A DNA stretch of 64,000 nt from Cenococcum geophilum (lineage: Eukaryota), in assembly GCA_050273025.1 (NCBI GenBank), contig CP158636.1, positions 1,612,001 through 1,676,000 of the forward strand, in the 5' to 3' direction. The notes beneath the pieces are model-generated. The model worked only from the letters and a program-made list of their open reading frames with translations, was not told where the DNA came from and searched no databases. Made by a program: the position numbers and the translations under genes. Below are positions 26,501-38,117 of this stretch, piece after piece. Each line of letters starts with the position of its first letter. Position 1 is the stretch's first letter.

Positions 26501-27670
26501 AAGCAACGCTTTTAAAAATGGTAGTAAGCTCTAATTAGGCCAACGCCTACCTTATAGAGCTTCTAGCAATTAGCGAGGCAGCTAACTAGCTATAAAACCC
26601 TATATATACGGCTGTTAACTAAGCAGGTTTTCCAATACCTATATTTAGTATAAGAATATTCTCTAACTTATAATTAGCGTTACTATTAGTATAAAGCTAG
26701 AGGGCTATATTACGGCACTGGCAGAACTTAGTTAGCAGAACTTAGTAGAACTTCATAGTTACGTAACTAGAAGACCGCATAAAAAGAACCCTACTTCGAC
26801 CAGCGCTGCTCTTCTTCTCCTTTCCTTTCTCTAGCTTTAGATTCTTGTTTATAAACTACTAATTGTATAGGCTTACGCGTCCCTCTTACCGTGCTTATGC
26901 CTTGATTAACTAAGTCATTAACAGGCTAGAGCCTATTAGGAAATAGTTATAGAGATCTTAAAGAAGCTTTAGCTAAATAATATTACACTATACTAGATTC
27001 TAGGCTACTTAGGATTTATAGGAAATAAAAAGGCTAATAAGCTTACTAAAGTAGTAATAAGACTAGAAAGCAAGGAGCCACTATAAAGAGACGGCCTCCT
27101 ATAGTACCTTATAACGCAAGCATTAAAAAAAGCCGAGATAACAATAGAACTGCTTCTATTAGGAAGATCTAATATAGGCAAGTTTATAAGGAAAATTAAC
27201 GCAGCACTCTACCTTAGAAAGGCTGTAGGATTATACCAGCAGCTAATTAGCTTAGAAGCTGCCATTCTTATATAGCTACGGACCGGCAAGTCATTTCTAA
27301 AGGAATATCTCTACAAAATTAATATATTAGAGACGGCGTTATATAACTATAGGCTTATAGAGTTAATATAGTACTTCCTCTTCTTTTATAGGAGGTAGGT
27401 ACAGTAAAGGATTAAACTAAAAGAGTAATATAGAGATTAATTTAGGGATCTATTATATGTATTAGGAGGCTACTTACGTAGACAAAAAGGAGGTAGGAAT
27501 ATTAACGGCCTAATTAAGCGCTAGAAGCCAGACATTAGCGTAATTAAAGCTATAATTAAATTTATAAAGGAGACCGGACATTTATACCTAAGTATATAAG
27601 ATATAGAGAGTATAGAAGCCAACATTAATAAGTAAAGACTCTTAAGAATTCCTCCTCTAATTATCTAACT
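23540..27670 (+). pseudogene. LINE ORF2 (APE endonuclease - reverse transcriptase - RNase H)
   Basis: IAGDFN*HN, YRPISLLLTLGKALK, GFP*GLALALILFLFFNADL, FVNN (FVDD), and an RNase H with *ILGY...GNKKAN. Confidence 0.92.
26708..26923. mobile_element. Solo LTR family C, copy 1, inserted in the LINE RNase H
   Basis: tattac...taaca ends, TSD ggcta, homologous to 45837-46037. Confidence 0.9.
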
Positions 27671-30116
27671 AAATACACTATAAGCCTCCTCTATACATGC
27701 CTCTACTAGTGCGTCAGTAATTAAGAAGCGCATAACGCTAAAATAGCCCTATGGACACGAGGCATTAAAAACTACTTACTTAGGCTTACCTCTAAACTAT
27801 AACTTTCTTTAATAGTAATACATTACTTTCCTTTATTTTTTCCTTAGTTAAGTATAGTATTAGGTAATAGATATATAGTTCTTATAGTTAGCTTCTAAAC
27901 TAGAGTAAGCATATTAATAGTAGAAAGTATTTAGTTAGCGCTCTGTAACGGCCTATACCCTAAATAGTGCATGGCTATAATAGAATATACATATATACAT
28001 ATATACGTAGGCATCATATTGTAATAGAAGTACTCTTTAGTACAGTAGCAAATTATATGCTTTTAGCTATAGCGTATTCGTGGCTAGAATGCCAAAACTT
28101 ATATTAGTACCCCTATTTACAGGCTAGAGCAAACAGTGTTGCAAACGTATAAGGGTAAAGCTGTAATCGCTAGCGGCTATATTGCTAAACTTGCTTTAAG
28201 GTTATCTTACGCTGGGAGTTACACAGGTTATATATAAAGAGAGGATAGAGTTGTAATAAGCAGATGCCACTTCAAGATATATCTACTCCTAAAGTTAACA
28301 AGTCTAGAAGTTACGTGACTTATTTAGGTAGGGTTACTACTAAGATTATATTACCTAACTTTTAGACTACCCGTGCGTCGGAGTAGCGGTCATTAGTGTT
28401 ATTTACTAGCCGCTTTGGCGTCTAAGCGTTTATATAGCTATAAGCCCGACAGCTACAAGCTTGGCTAACTAGATAATATATATAAATTACACCGTAATGA
28501 TTATATACGACGAGCGGGGTCACTTCGCACTAGCTGGGATTAGTAACTACTCTAATTGGAAGTACTAACTAGGGTGGCGAGCTTGCATAAAGTTGCGCGC
28601 CATAGCAGCTATAAGGCTGTAATGACTCCCTAGCATCATAGTGAGGTTCTAAGGCTTAGATAACGCCGTTTATAAGTATTAAGGAGTGGTAAGAGCTTAA
28701 CAGTGGTACTATACGGAAGGAACTCTATTTCGCTAAAGAAGGAGGCTCTCTGTAAATTAAGCGCGAAGGCGATAAAGCGTAACGTAATTTTTAGATAGAA
28801 GGGGTCCGGGATATTGAGAAATAGCTATAGTACATAACCTATACAGGGTTATAATTAGTATCAACGTATACACAGATTTTGAGTTGCGTAAAGTTAAGGT
28901 ACCCCTTATATTTCTCGGCCTAGTGGGTTTCTCAACCCGTAGGAAGGGACGTTAGAAATTCTAGTTAATAAAATTTAGAACAACAATGCTCCTTATACCT
29001 TAATTAGCCTAAGTATTAATATAATTTTCTATTAAACTGCTCTACGATTTACTATGCTTAGCTACTTCTCTATTATACTGCGTTTTAATTCTATCCAGCT
29101 TCCTTAGGTTCCACGCTAGAGTTAGCGCTAATAGAGCTATATACGAACCGATTATTCTAATTATAAATTTAGCCGTTACGGACTAGTGTCCGCTTTACGT
29201 AGTATAGACACTAATAAGCGTTATAAATAAGCTAGTAAATAAATTAAGCAGACCGGGCCTTTATCCAATAAGTTAATATATATTCTCTATATAGCTACAA
29301 ATGACTTATAAGCATATCCGAGCAATCAGCTATATATAATTCTTCCACTACTTCCGCTATAACTAATATGTGCTAACTGTTCCAATAATATAGCAAACGC
29401 CTACTATAGGTAGAAGCGGCGCATTCTTAACAGTATATTGGACGAATTTCCCTCTTTCACTATTATTAAGACTATTAGAATTTTAAAGAAAGGTAAATAT
29501 GCTAGGGAATATAATATATCCTATAAGGATAAGCCAAGAAAAAATTATAGTAAGGGCATTATACCAAGTAGAAGCTTTATTTGCCTAAACAGATATTACT
29601 ATATAAGGTGTTTGCATAGTAGGTGCTTTATAAGGTATATATTTCTCATCTTAATTTAAGGCTTTAGGGTTTCTAGGAATAGGTTAAGGTTAGGTATATT
29701 AGGCGGCGGAGGGAACGCTAACTAGCACGCTTATTATAGATGTTATATAGTAGTAGAGCTAGTTTAACTTAATAAGCAGTACTTAGTGCTATAGAGGACC
29801 TTTTTATAATTGTAATTTATAAGGGGCCTAATTCCGGTCCCTTTATATTTATAAATAAACTTCGGCTATATCCGGATTAAGATAACTAAAGGAAATAAGT
29901 TTATTTATAGTAAAGGGTACCCGTTTTAGGGCACCTTATAAAAGTCTTAGGTAATAATAGGTTAATAAGCTATATATATTCTTAGCAGTGGCTTAGCAAA
30001 CATTAGGTATTATGTTCCCGCCTTATTAAATTTAATACTTAGCCTTTTAGTAGTAAACTGATTTCTAAGGCAACTAGTAATGTTAACGGTTAGGTTACAT
30101 TTCAAAAATAAGGCTA

Positions 30117-32560
30117 ACGTCCGTCCCTATGTTAAGAGACGCACCCTATCCCGAGACAAATCCACAGTTTAGACATCTCAAGTCTCTCCCTTGCAAGTCT
30201 ATAAAGTTATTATCAATATGTCACTATTCTTTAGCTATTTCTCCCCTAGGAAACTAGTTTGCAACGAGAATTACCACGGTCTTAGTTATGCTATTAATCG
30301 TTTCATTAACGCTATCGATCGCCGCTTCAGCTATTCCCCCCTACTTAATCACAACTATTAGAGTCTCTTCGAAAATCGGAGTACTTAGGGGGAAGTTCTA
30401 TTAAGAATAAATATAGCTCTAAGTTTTAAAGATATACTTCCCTAAGGAATGTACATTCCGGGAGTTTCGCCAGGTAAAAGTAGGGGCCTTAACAGCTTCC
30501 CGCTTTAGCGTGGTATTTTAGTGTATATTAGCGTATACTAACGCACACTAGCCTATATATATTATACTATATTCAGCCATATTTTACGGCGTTTTAGAAT
30601 AACTATAGCGTATCGCATTAGGTTTTCTAGAAAGTTTCCATCGGCGGCTATATAGCCAGTTCATTATTACCTAGCACTGCTATAGGAAGAGAACGCCGTC
30701 ATAGCTTCTTAAAAAGTGATTAGCTATTTATATAGTAGCAAAGAGGTCTAATATACCTTTTATTATACAATAGTAAGAATCTAAATACTATACATAGTGA
30801 TAGTGCTGTAAAGTGGGACCGGATTTCTAACCACGGCCTACTTACTTTATAGTCGTAGCTGACCGTCCTACACAGTATCCGCAAAATGCCTATTCCCACT
30901 TCTAGAGAGCAATCCTCTAATATTACGTTAGATTAATATAAACAAAAAAGGCAATAATATATTCTCCAGCTCTTTAGCTTTATTAACAACACCAAGTTAA
31001 TAAGCTGGCTTGGTGTTAAGAGGACTATAAAAATCCTCAACAATATTAAAAGGGTACGTTGGGTTAGAGCCTATAAGATATAATTTTAACGGGCAAAGGC
31101 CAAAATAGCAGTAGCGGTCTATCTCCCGGACGCTATTCTTAAGGATCCTACGGTCGCCTTAAATCTCGCTTTAATTAAACCTACACTCCCTACGCTGTAT
31201 AACTGTGTCTAATATCCCAACGTGATACGGATATACGAAAACTCTCTAATAGACAAAGAATCTTTCTAGATTACTATCGGAATATTTAAGGAAATATATT
31301 AGCTAATATAGCAAAAAGGAACACACCTAATTAAGGTATTTAATAGAATAATCTACTTCTTTTATAATAACAAATGGAACACAATTCTCCCTATTAGTAT
31401 AGCTTCTTTCCCAGATAAAGCAATTATTATTCTAAAATGGAATAATCTAAGCATAGGCTTCCTTTCCACGTTCGCATAATGGCTTAAAAACTTATAGAAA
31501 TATTTATCTAATACAAAGCATAATTTCCAGTTTGTCTAAGGTTTCGATATTATTAAGGGATAATGCCACCTAATACTTATTCGTTAATCTTTTACTACTT
31601 AGTAGAGAAGATAGAAGAGCTCTATAAGAGTCGCAAGATAGTATTTATAAGGGGGTATTTAGAGCGTATTACTAGAAAAAGGCTACTATATAAAACAGTG
31701 GCGTAACTATTAGAGACATTCCGTATAGTACAGGTAGAGGTTACTAGCTAAATTATACCTAATTAAACAAGATACTTATATAATTAATAAGCTGAGTAAA
31801 TATCGCCTATAGACGCTGGTTAACGTCGCCTAAAAATCCTTTACTAAGTATATAAGTCGACTCCTGTTCCAGCAAAACAATAAAGGGAATTAAAGCGCGA
31901 TATAGAAGAAGCTGTAGTAGTTAATAGTAAGCCTAATTAGAAGTATAAAGCCTCTATATTAAAAGTACCGTAGGCTATAAGGATATAGAAGAGTGAATTA
32001 AAAGTCACCCTTTTAGTTCCGTAAATGCGTCGGCTAAAAGAAGTAAGAAAACGCGTAGCTATAGGCCTAAAGCTATAAGGGAGATCGCGTATATTATCTA
32101 AAGTAAAATACCCTGTAATTAATTTTGCGAGAAGTGCTAAGTTATCTCACTCTGACCAGAGATCCTTAACTACTTAATTAGAGGTACTGATATGGCGACG
32201 TCGTATATTATAGCACGCCACGGCTACTATAAGGCTGATAATAACTTCTTAGGTTTATATGGGACTCTTAGGCTTGGATAAGGGTTACTTATAAGTTTTA
32301 TTAGCGGTATAAGCTTAATAGTAGTGCTATAGAGGAGTTTTATATAAAAAGATGGCTCTTAGCAAATTAGGGGGGCGGCAACGATATAACTGTAATTTTC
32401 AGGTAGCTGAGGTTAAGTATGTTTAGGATTAGTTATAAGGTATAACTGAAGCGGAACAACGTAAATATTAAGACGCTATTAGAGTTTCTATTACTTTAAA
32501 CTTAAAGTACCTATAGTTTGTCTTATTATAATATACATTTTAGGACCTAGGGACGGACAT
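30117..32560 (+). mobile_element. Non-autonomous (pack-type) member of the ACGTCC-TIR family carrying an unknown gene
   Basis: TA|acgtccgtccta ... tagggacggacat|TA. 30117-30640 is homologous to 12772-13300, and 32190-32560 is homologous to 28575-28952. Confidence 0.75.
30886..32100 (+). pseudogene. Unknown protein gene inside the TIR element, RIP-inactivated
   Basis: ATG at 30886 opens a coherent frame of more than 200 codons interrupted only by TAA/TAG at Gln/Trp-like positions (…RWVRAYKI*F*RAKAKIAVAVYLPDAIL…). No DDE motifs recognised. Confidence 0.55.
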
Positions 32561-32915
32561 TAAAACCAATTTAAAATACAATTTTAAGGCTTAAACCGGT
32601 TACAGCACCGGTTAAACCAGATTTAACTAGATAACACGTCTTAAAAGTGTTTATTTACATATTTTAGCGTGTTTTTTTAGCCTTAGCAAAAGCTAGCCTT
32701 ATTTAGGTTATAGTACTTATCCTTTTAAGGTAAGGCTATAGTAGAGGCTTGTGTAGAGGCTTATATTTATATTATAGCCAGAGCTATCTAGTTTTATTAG
32801 ATAACTGGTTTATTAAAATGCCTAATAACTAATCTAAATTAAGTCAATCAAACCGACGAACCGGTTACTCTTAAGATTTTAGTTAAACTGAACTAATTTA
32901 ATCTGAAGAGTCCTA

Positions 32916-33410
32916 CAGCTCTATATACGACTAGCTTTACCCCCCCCTCTAGTAAAAAATTATTTCGCTACGGTACGCAGGCTCGCCAAATTGCTACTAA
33001 CTGTATATAGTAATTATAGCGAACGCATGTGCCTATACGTAAGGACCTTTTTAGTTACCCTAGAGAATTATTCTAGTTGCCTTAGAGAATTATTTTAGTT
33101 GCCTTAGGGAATTGTCTTAGTTAGCTAGGGGAGTCGAATTAAAGCAATTTAAAACTTGCCTAATATACGCTTTCTCTTTCTTCCCCCTTTTACCTACGCC
33201 TGTTATCTCTACAGAGAGGTTAATAAAATTTGGCAATATTATATAGGTGGAAACCTTATAATATTAATAAAGATTATAACGCTGTAAAGGGAGGCTGATC
33301 GCAAATAGAGGTGTTCGCTACGATTGCCTATAGAAATTAAGCAAACTTAAATACGTAAGCCGAATTGCATTTCGCTAGAGGGGGGGTAAAGCTAGTCGTG
33401 TATAGAGCTA
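32916..33410. mobile_element. MITE with ~38-bp TIRs and TA TSD
   Basis: TA|cagctctatatacgactagctttaccccccc...ctag ... ctagagggggggtaaagctagtcgtgtatagagcta|TA. Confidence 0.88.
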
Positions 33411-33499
33411 TAATTATTAATATTACTAGCATAAACCTCGTCCGTCCTTATAATAAAAACCTCCCCTTTAATAGAGAAAGGTCTATTAGACCCTTGTCT

Positions 33500-36400
33500 T
33501 CTATTAAAACACAATATCTTAAAGGGTAAAAAGTCTATATATATTCTAAACCAGTTATAGCCACCGCTAAAAGTAAATTATAAGTCATCCCAATATAAGG
33601 GAAAGGTCAATAGTGTCCCTCTCCAATTCCGGAATTAAAAGTATAGTATTTATCCTATTAGCAATAACATTCTTAAAACATATTTAAGGGCTTAGTATAC
33701 GTTTATTCGTATTATATATCTTTATCCTTCCCCTCTTTCTTATATACTCTATTGCTACTTGCCTTACCTCTAATAGCTTAAAGGGATTAACTAGAAGGCT
33801 GTATACTAAACTCTAAGTGCCGCATTTTATAATCTTAAAGTCTATTTAAATTTTCTAGGTCTCTATCCTCTAGTTAGAAGTAGAAGTTAAGTTAATAGTA
33901 TCTATTATTACGGAATCTATATTATCCTATATAGTATAGGTATTTTTACTAACTTCTATTTAGTCTTACCGTGTTTAATAGTTGTTTTAAAGTATAGTCT
34001 TTAATACCTAATCTTCTTCTACTAGTTCTTAGCCTATTAGTTCTATAAGTTTATCTAGGTTAATCTAAGTAATTTATCTTTAGTCCTACTCCGCTATTAA
34101 TAAAGGCTTCTATCCTCTTACTAGTCTCTCTTACTCTTCCCTTATAGTCTTTTCTTCTTTCCTTACTTATATCTCCTATATCTATCTTTCTTACTCAGCC
34201 TACCGCTGCCTCTCCTCTTTAAGCCTCTCCTATTTTATCCTCTCTTATTCTAGCCTTTCCTGCTCTATCCTTTTCTATTTCAGCCTCTTCTACTCTATCC
34301 TCTCCTATTCCAGCCTCTCCTGCTTAAGTCTTTCCTACTTAAGCCTCTCCTACTTAAGCCTCTCCTATTCTAGCCTCTTCTATTTTAGCCTCTCCTACTT
34401 AAGCCTCTTTTACTTAAGCCTCTCCTATTCCAGCCTCTCCTACTTAAGCCTCTCCTACTTAAGCCTCTCTTATTCTAGCCTCTCCTATTTAAGCCTCTCT
34501 TACTTAAGCCTCTCCTACTCAAGCCTCTCCTATTTAAGCCTCTACCTCTCCTACTTAAGCCTCTCCTATTTAAGCCTCTCCTACTTAAGCCTCTCCTACT
34601 TAAGCCTTTCCTATTCTAGCCTCTCCTGCTTAAACCTCTCCTACTTAAGCCTCTCCTACTTAAGCCTTTCTTGCTTAAGCCTCTACCTCTCCTACTTAAG
34701 CCTTTCCTATTTAAGCCTCTCCTGCTTAAGCCTCTCCTACTTAAGCCTTTTCTATTTAAGCCTCTCCTGCTTAAGCCTTTTCTGCTTAAGCCTCTCCTAT
34801 TCCAGCCTCTCCTACTTAAGCCTCTCCTACTTAAGCCTCTCCTACTTAAAACTCTACCTCTTCTGCTTAAGCCTTTCCTATTTAAGCCTCTTCTACTTAA
34901 GCCTCTCCTATTTAAGCCTCTCCTACTTTATCCTTTTTTGTTTAAGCCTCTCCTACTCTATTCTCTCCTATTTAAGCCTCTTATATTTAAGCCTTTTATA
35001 TTTAAGCCTCTTCTAGTTAAGCGTCTCTTATTTAGCCTACTACTGCCTCTCCTACTTAAGCCTCTTTCGCTTAAGCCTTTTTTACTTAAGTATTACCTAT
35101 TTAGGGATCTGTGCTTGCCTATAAGTTATATTACCGTTAATATTAGTATAGTTTGGCTTTTTAAAAAAGGCGAGGTATATAGATCTTTAGACGAAGAATA
35201 ACGTTATCTTATTAGCTTATACCCTATTAGTATATAGCTTATCTAGAAATAGTAAAAGCTTATCTTGTTTATAATTATAAGTTTTTAGAATCCTATATCT
35301 CTTTAGTAACCTATTAGAATAATTAGTATTAACTATAGCTCTTATTTCCTTCTCTATTATCTCTTAGGTAGTAGAAAAGAAATCCACTATTCGCTCTATA
35401 AAGCCCTTAAAGGCAATAGGATTGTATTACTAGTAGCCTAGTTTCCTGGCTTCTTATAGAGCTATATAGGCGATCTCCCTATTAGCAGACCGCTAAATTA
35501 AACTATAGATCTAGTCAGACTTAAAGCCTAATTAGTAAGCAAGAGTGGTAAACTTATATAGGGCAGTCTTGCTTAGACTATTAGTTAGCTTTACTAATAA
35601 ATCATTTCTTACCTTTTTACACTACGCTAGGATCTTAAGGAAATTGCGTATAGTACCTATTTATATCTATTAGCGTCTAAGGTCTACTTAATCTATAAGA
35701 CTTTTTAGCCTAAATACGAACCTAAATTCGGACTCTTAGATTATACATTAATTGGTCTACTAGTTTATATTAGAGAACCTTTACTATAGGGTATAAAATA
35801 GGGAGTCCTTACCTAATAGCTGTATTAGTTATTTTACGCAGTCAGCCGGGCCTTATAGGTAATTAAGATCCTTAAAAAAACTAAAGAAAGAAGGGATTAA
35901 GCGGTCAGTAGAGATAAAGAGCACTTTACTCTATATAACTTTACAATCTTACTTATTAAAATTACTAAAGATCTAGCCACGCTATAACTAGCTATATAAA
36001 GCTCTAGTATCCACGCTATACGCTCTAAAAGTAGTGAGCTCTAATACTATTATGGTAGCTCTATCTACCTTCTATATTGCCTATCTATTACTACTAAAGA
36101 TCTTAGACTAGACATCCCTAGTATAATTAAAATAACAAAGAATTTCCTATTTAAATATTATTAGCAACTTATAGCGCCTAGATATAAATCTTTACCTTAT
36201 TATATCTTATACTAAACATTATATATATAGTGCTTAGTTTTATACCTCCTCTAAGCCTAGGAATATCTAGTTATAAGTTAAATACCGCTCTATATTCTGG
36301 GCGATTTAATATACGCTTTAGATTCTGCTTTTTCTAGTTAGATATAGCGGCTAAACGAGCCTACTATCATTCCTTAAAGTATATATTCCCTAACACTTAG

Positions 36401-36957
36401 TACTAGCGAATTTTACAGTAGATTTTACTATCGTTAGGCTTCTTCTTATAAGAGTACTCTTTAATTATAGTTGTCTTTAGTTTATAGTTAATATCTAGAT
36501 ATAGTTAGAGTTAGAGCCTACTACATATATAAAATAGGAATTTCCTACCTATAAGATACAGATCTATAATCTAGCGCTTATCTCCTAAAGGAAGAAACTC
36601 CGCAGCTGCTTAAACCTAGTATAGGCCGTAGAGATATTCTAAACGGAAATTAAGAGGAAAGTTTAGCTCTATATAATTATTACGTGGATAACCTATTAGC
36701 GCCTTAGCGGAAGTTTCTAAAAGTTAAATGGTAGCGTTAAGCTGCTCCTAATTAATAACAGTAGGAATATAATTTTAAATATCTAGGCGATCACAACCAT
36801 TCTTCTAGAAGAAATTCTTAAGTCTTACTATATTTGCCTTATCCTTTTTACATATAAAATGCAGCACTTTAAGATTAACACTAGCAGTACCTCTATACTT
36901 AATCCTCCTCTCTACTACAAATCTTTATTTATACTTAAGAAATCGTACGTTTTACAT
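33500..36957 (-). pseudogene. DUF3723-family protein with long coiled-coil repeat (Starship auxiliary gene), RIP-inactivated
   Basis: ERRIKYRGTASV, GCDRLDI*NYIPTVIN, LEYLYGLY*V*AAAEFL...KR*IIDLY (LECLHG.HR.QAA...W.VDLY), KPNDSKIYCKIR*Y, and C-terminal CFKNVIANRINTILLIP. Confidence 0.85.
34200..35090 (-). repeat. 15-bp coding repeat (EQERL-type coiled coil) within the DUF3723 gene
   Basis: ttaagcctctcctac tandem array. The minus strand de-RIPs to (E)QERL repeats. Confidence 0.9.
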
Positions 36958-37109
36958 TTCTATATAGCTTATTTAATAATATTTGCTACGGGAGAATAGG
37001 TTATTTATTATAACTAGCATAAGTTTTTAGCTACACTTTAAATATTATCCTTAGAACCCAATTCTGGGACCCTCTATTTTTAGCTAACCGTAGTTAAAAG
37101 ATCCTAGTT

Positions 37110-38030
37110 ACGTTTAGAGAACAGCCATATTTAGAGAACAGTTACGTCTAGAGAATTATTAGATGCCCAATTGGCCTAAAATAATTAGTCCTCTTAGTAG
37201 CGCTAAATAGGAGAACCACGCTAGAGAATAGCTACGTCTTAAGAATAGCCACGTCTGGAGATCGGATGTCTAATTGGCCCAAAATAACAGATCCTCTTGG
37301 CGGCGCTAAATAGGACACTATGTCTGGAAAATAGTTACGTCTAGAGATTGGATATCTAATTGGCCTAAAATGACTGGTCCTCTTGGCGGCGCTAAATAGG
37401 ACACTATATCTAGAGAATAGCCACGTCTAGAGATCGGATATCTAATTGGCCTAAAATGACTAGTCCTCTTAGCGGCGCTAAATAGGACACTATATCTAAA
37501 GAATAGCTACGTCTAGAGATCGGATATTTAATTAGCCTAAAATAACTAGTCCTCTTAGCGGCGCTAAATAGGATACTATATCTAGAGAATAGCTATGTCT
37601 AAAGATTGGATGTCTAATTGGCCTAAAATAACTAGTCCTCTTAGCGGCGCTAAATAGGATATTATATCTGGAGAACAGCCACGTCTAAAGATTAAATGTC
37701 TAATTGGCCTAAAATAACAGGTCCTTTTAGCAGCGCTAAATAGGACACTATATCTAGAGAATAGCTATGTCTAAAGGTTAGATATCTAATTAGCCTAAAA
37801 TGACCGGTCCTCTTAATACTATATTTAGAGAATAGCTACGTCTAGAGAATTATTAGATGCCTAATTAGCCCAAAATGACCAGTCCTTTTAGTAGCGCCAA
37901 ATAGAAGAACTATGTTTGGAGAATAGTTATATTTAAAGAGTAAGAACGCTACGTCTAATAGCTATATCTAAAATAGCTATATCTAGAGCAGTTATATCTG
38001 GTAACTAGTTTAACAAACGGTTATATCTAG
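37110..38030. repeat. 86-bp tandem repeat array (~9-10 units) between divergent genes
   Basis: cggcgctaaatagga recurs at 37301, 37387, 37473, 37559, 37645. Each unit holds two gagaatagc/tctagag sub-repeats. Confidence 0.92.
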
Positions 38031-38117
38031 AGAATAATAGTTTGCGGAAGGTTATAACTAGTCTAAGTCTTACCTATTTTGCCTTCTTTCTACTACACCT
38101 AATATATCTCATTACCA

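Larger units (their letters stand above)
22204..28006 (+). mobile_element. Full-length Tad1-like LINE (non-LTR retrotransposon), RIP-inactivated
   Basis: ORF1 and ORF2 relics, a 3' (atac/atat)n tail, and a ~13-bp TSD atgggcattatat / gtaggcatcatat. Confidence 0.9.
22117..28184 (-). repeat. ~250-bp internal inverted repeat, arm 2, split by the LINE (22117-22203 + 28020-28184)
   Basis: cttaggtcttaagcggacaaacacctcaattacgctagtagggagggcggcc... and ...tgtaatagaagtactctttagtacagtag...gctagcggctatattg match the reverse complement of 15081-15330. Confidence 0.85.
12772..28952 (+). mobile_element. Large pogo/Fot1-type TIR transposon carrying cargo genes (NLR + hydrolase) and secondary insertions
   Basis: Left end TA|acgtccctccctacgggtcgagaaaccc. 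The reverse complement of the right end is TA|acgtcccttcctacgggttgagaaaccc. The transposase lies just inside the left end. Both subterminal blocks are homologous to those of element 30117-32560. Confidence 0.7.

Noticed and set aside
32548..33450. hAT-like element bounded by tagggacggac ... gtccgtcctta
   Set aside because: No 8-bp TSD. The left motif is better explained as the right TIR of element 30117-32560.
34671..35201. 176-aa LLKP-repeat ORF
   Set aside because: Antisense of the RIPed EQERL coiled-coil repeat of the DUF3723 gene.
37110..38030. CRISPR-like array
   Set aside because: No unique spacers, a eukaryotic context and no cas genes. It is a simple tandem repeat.
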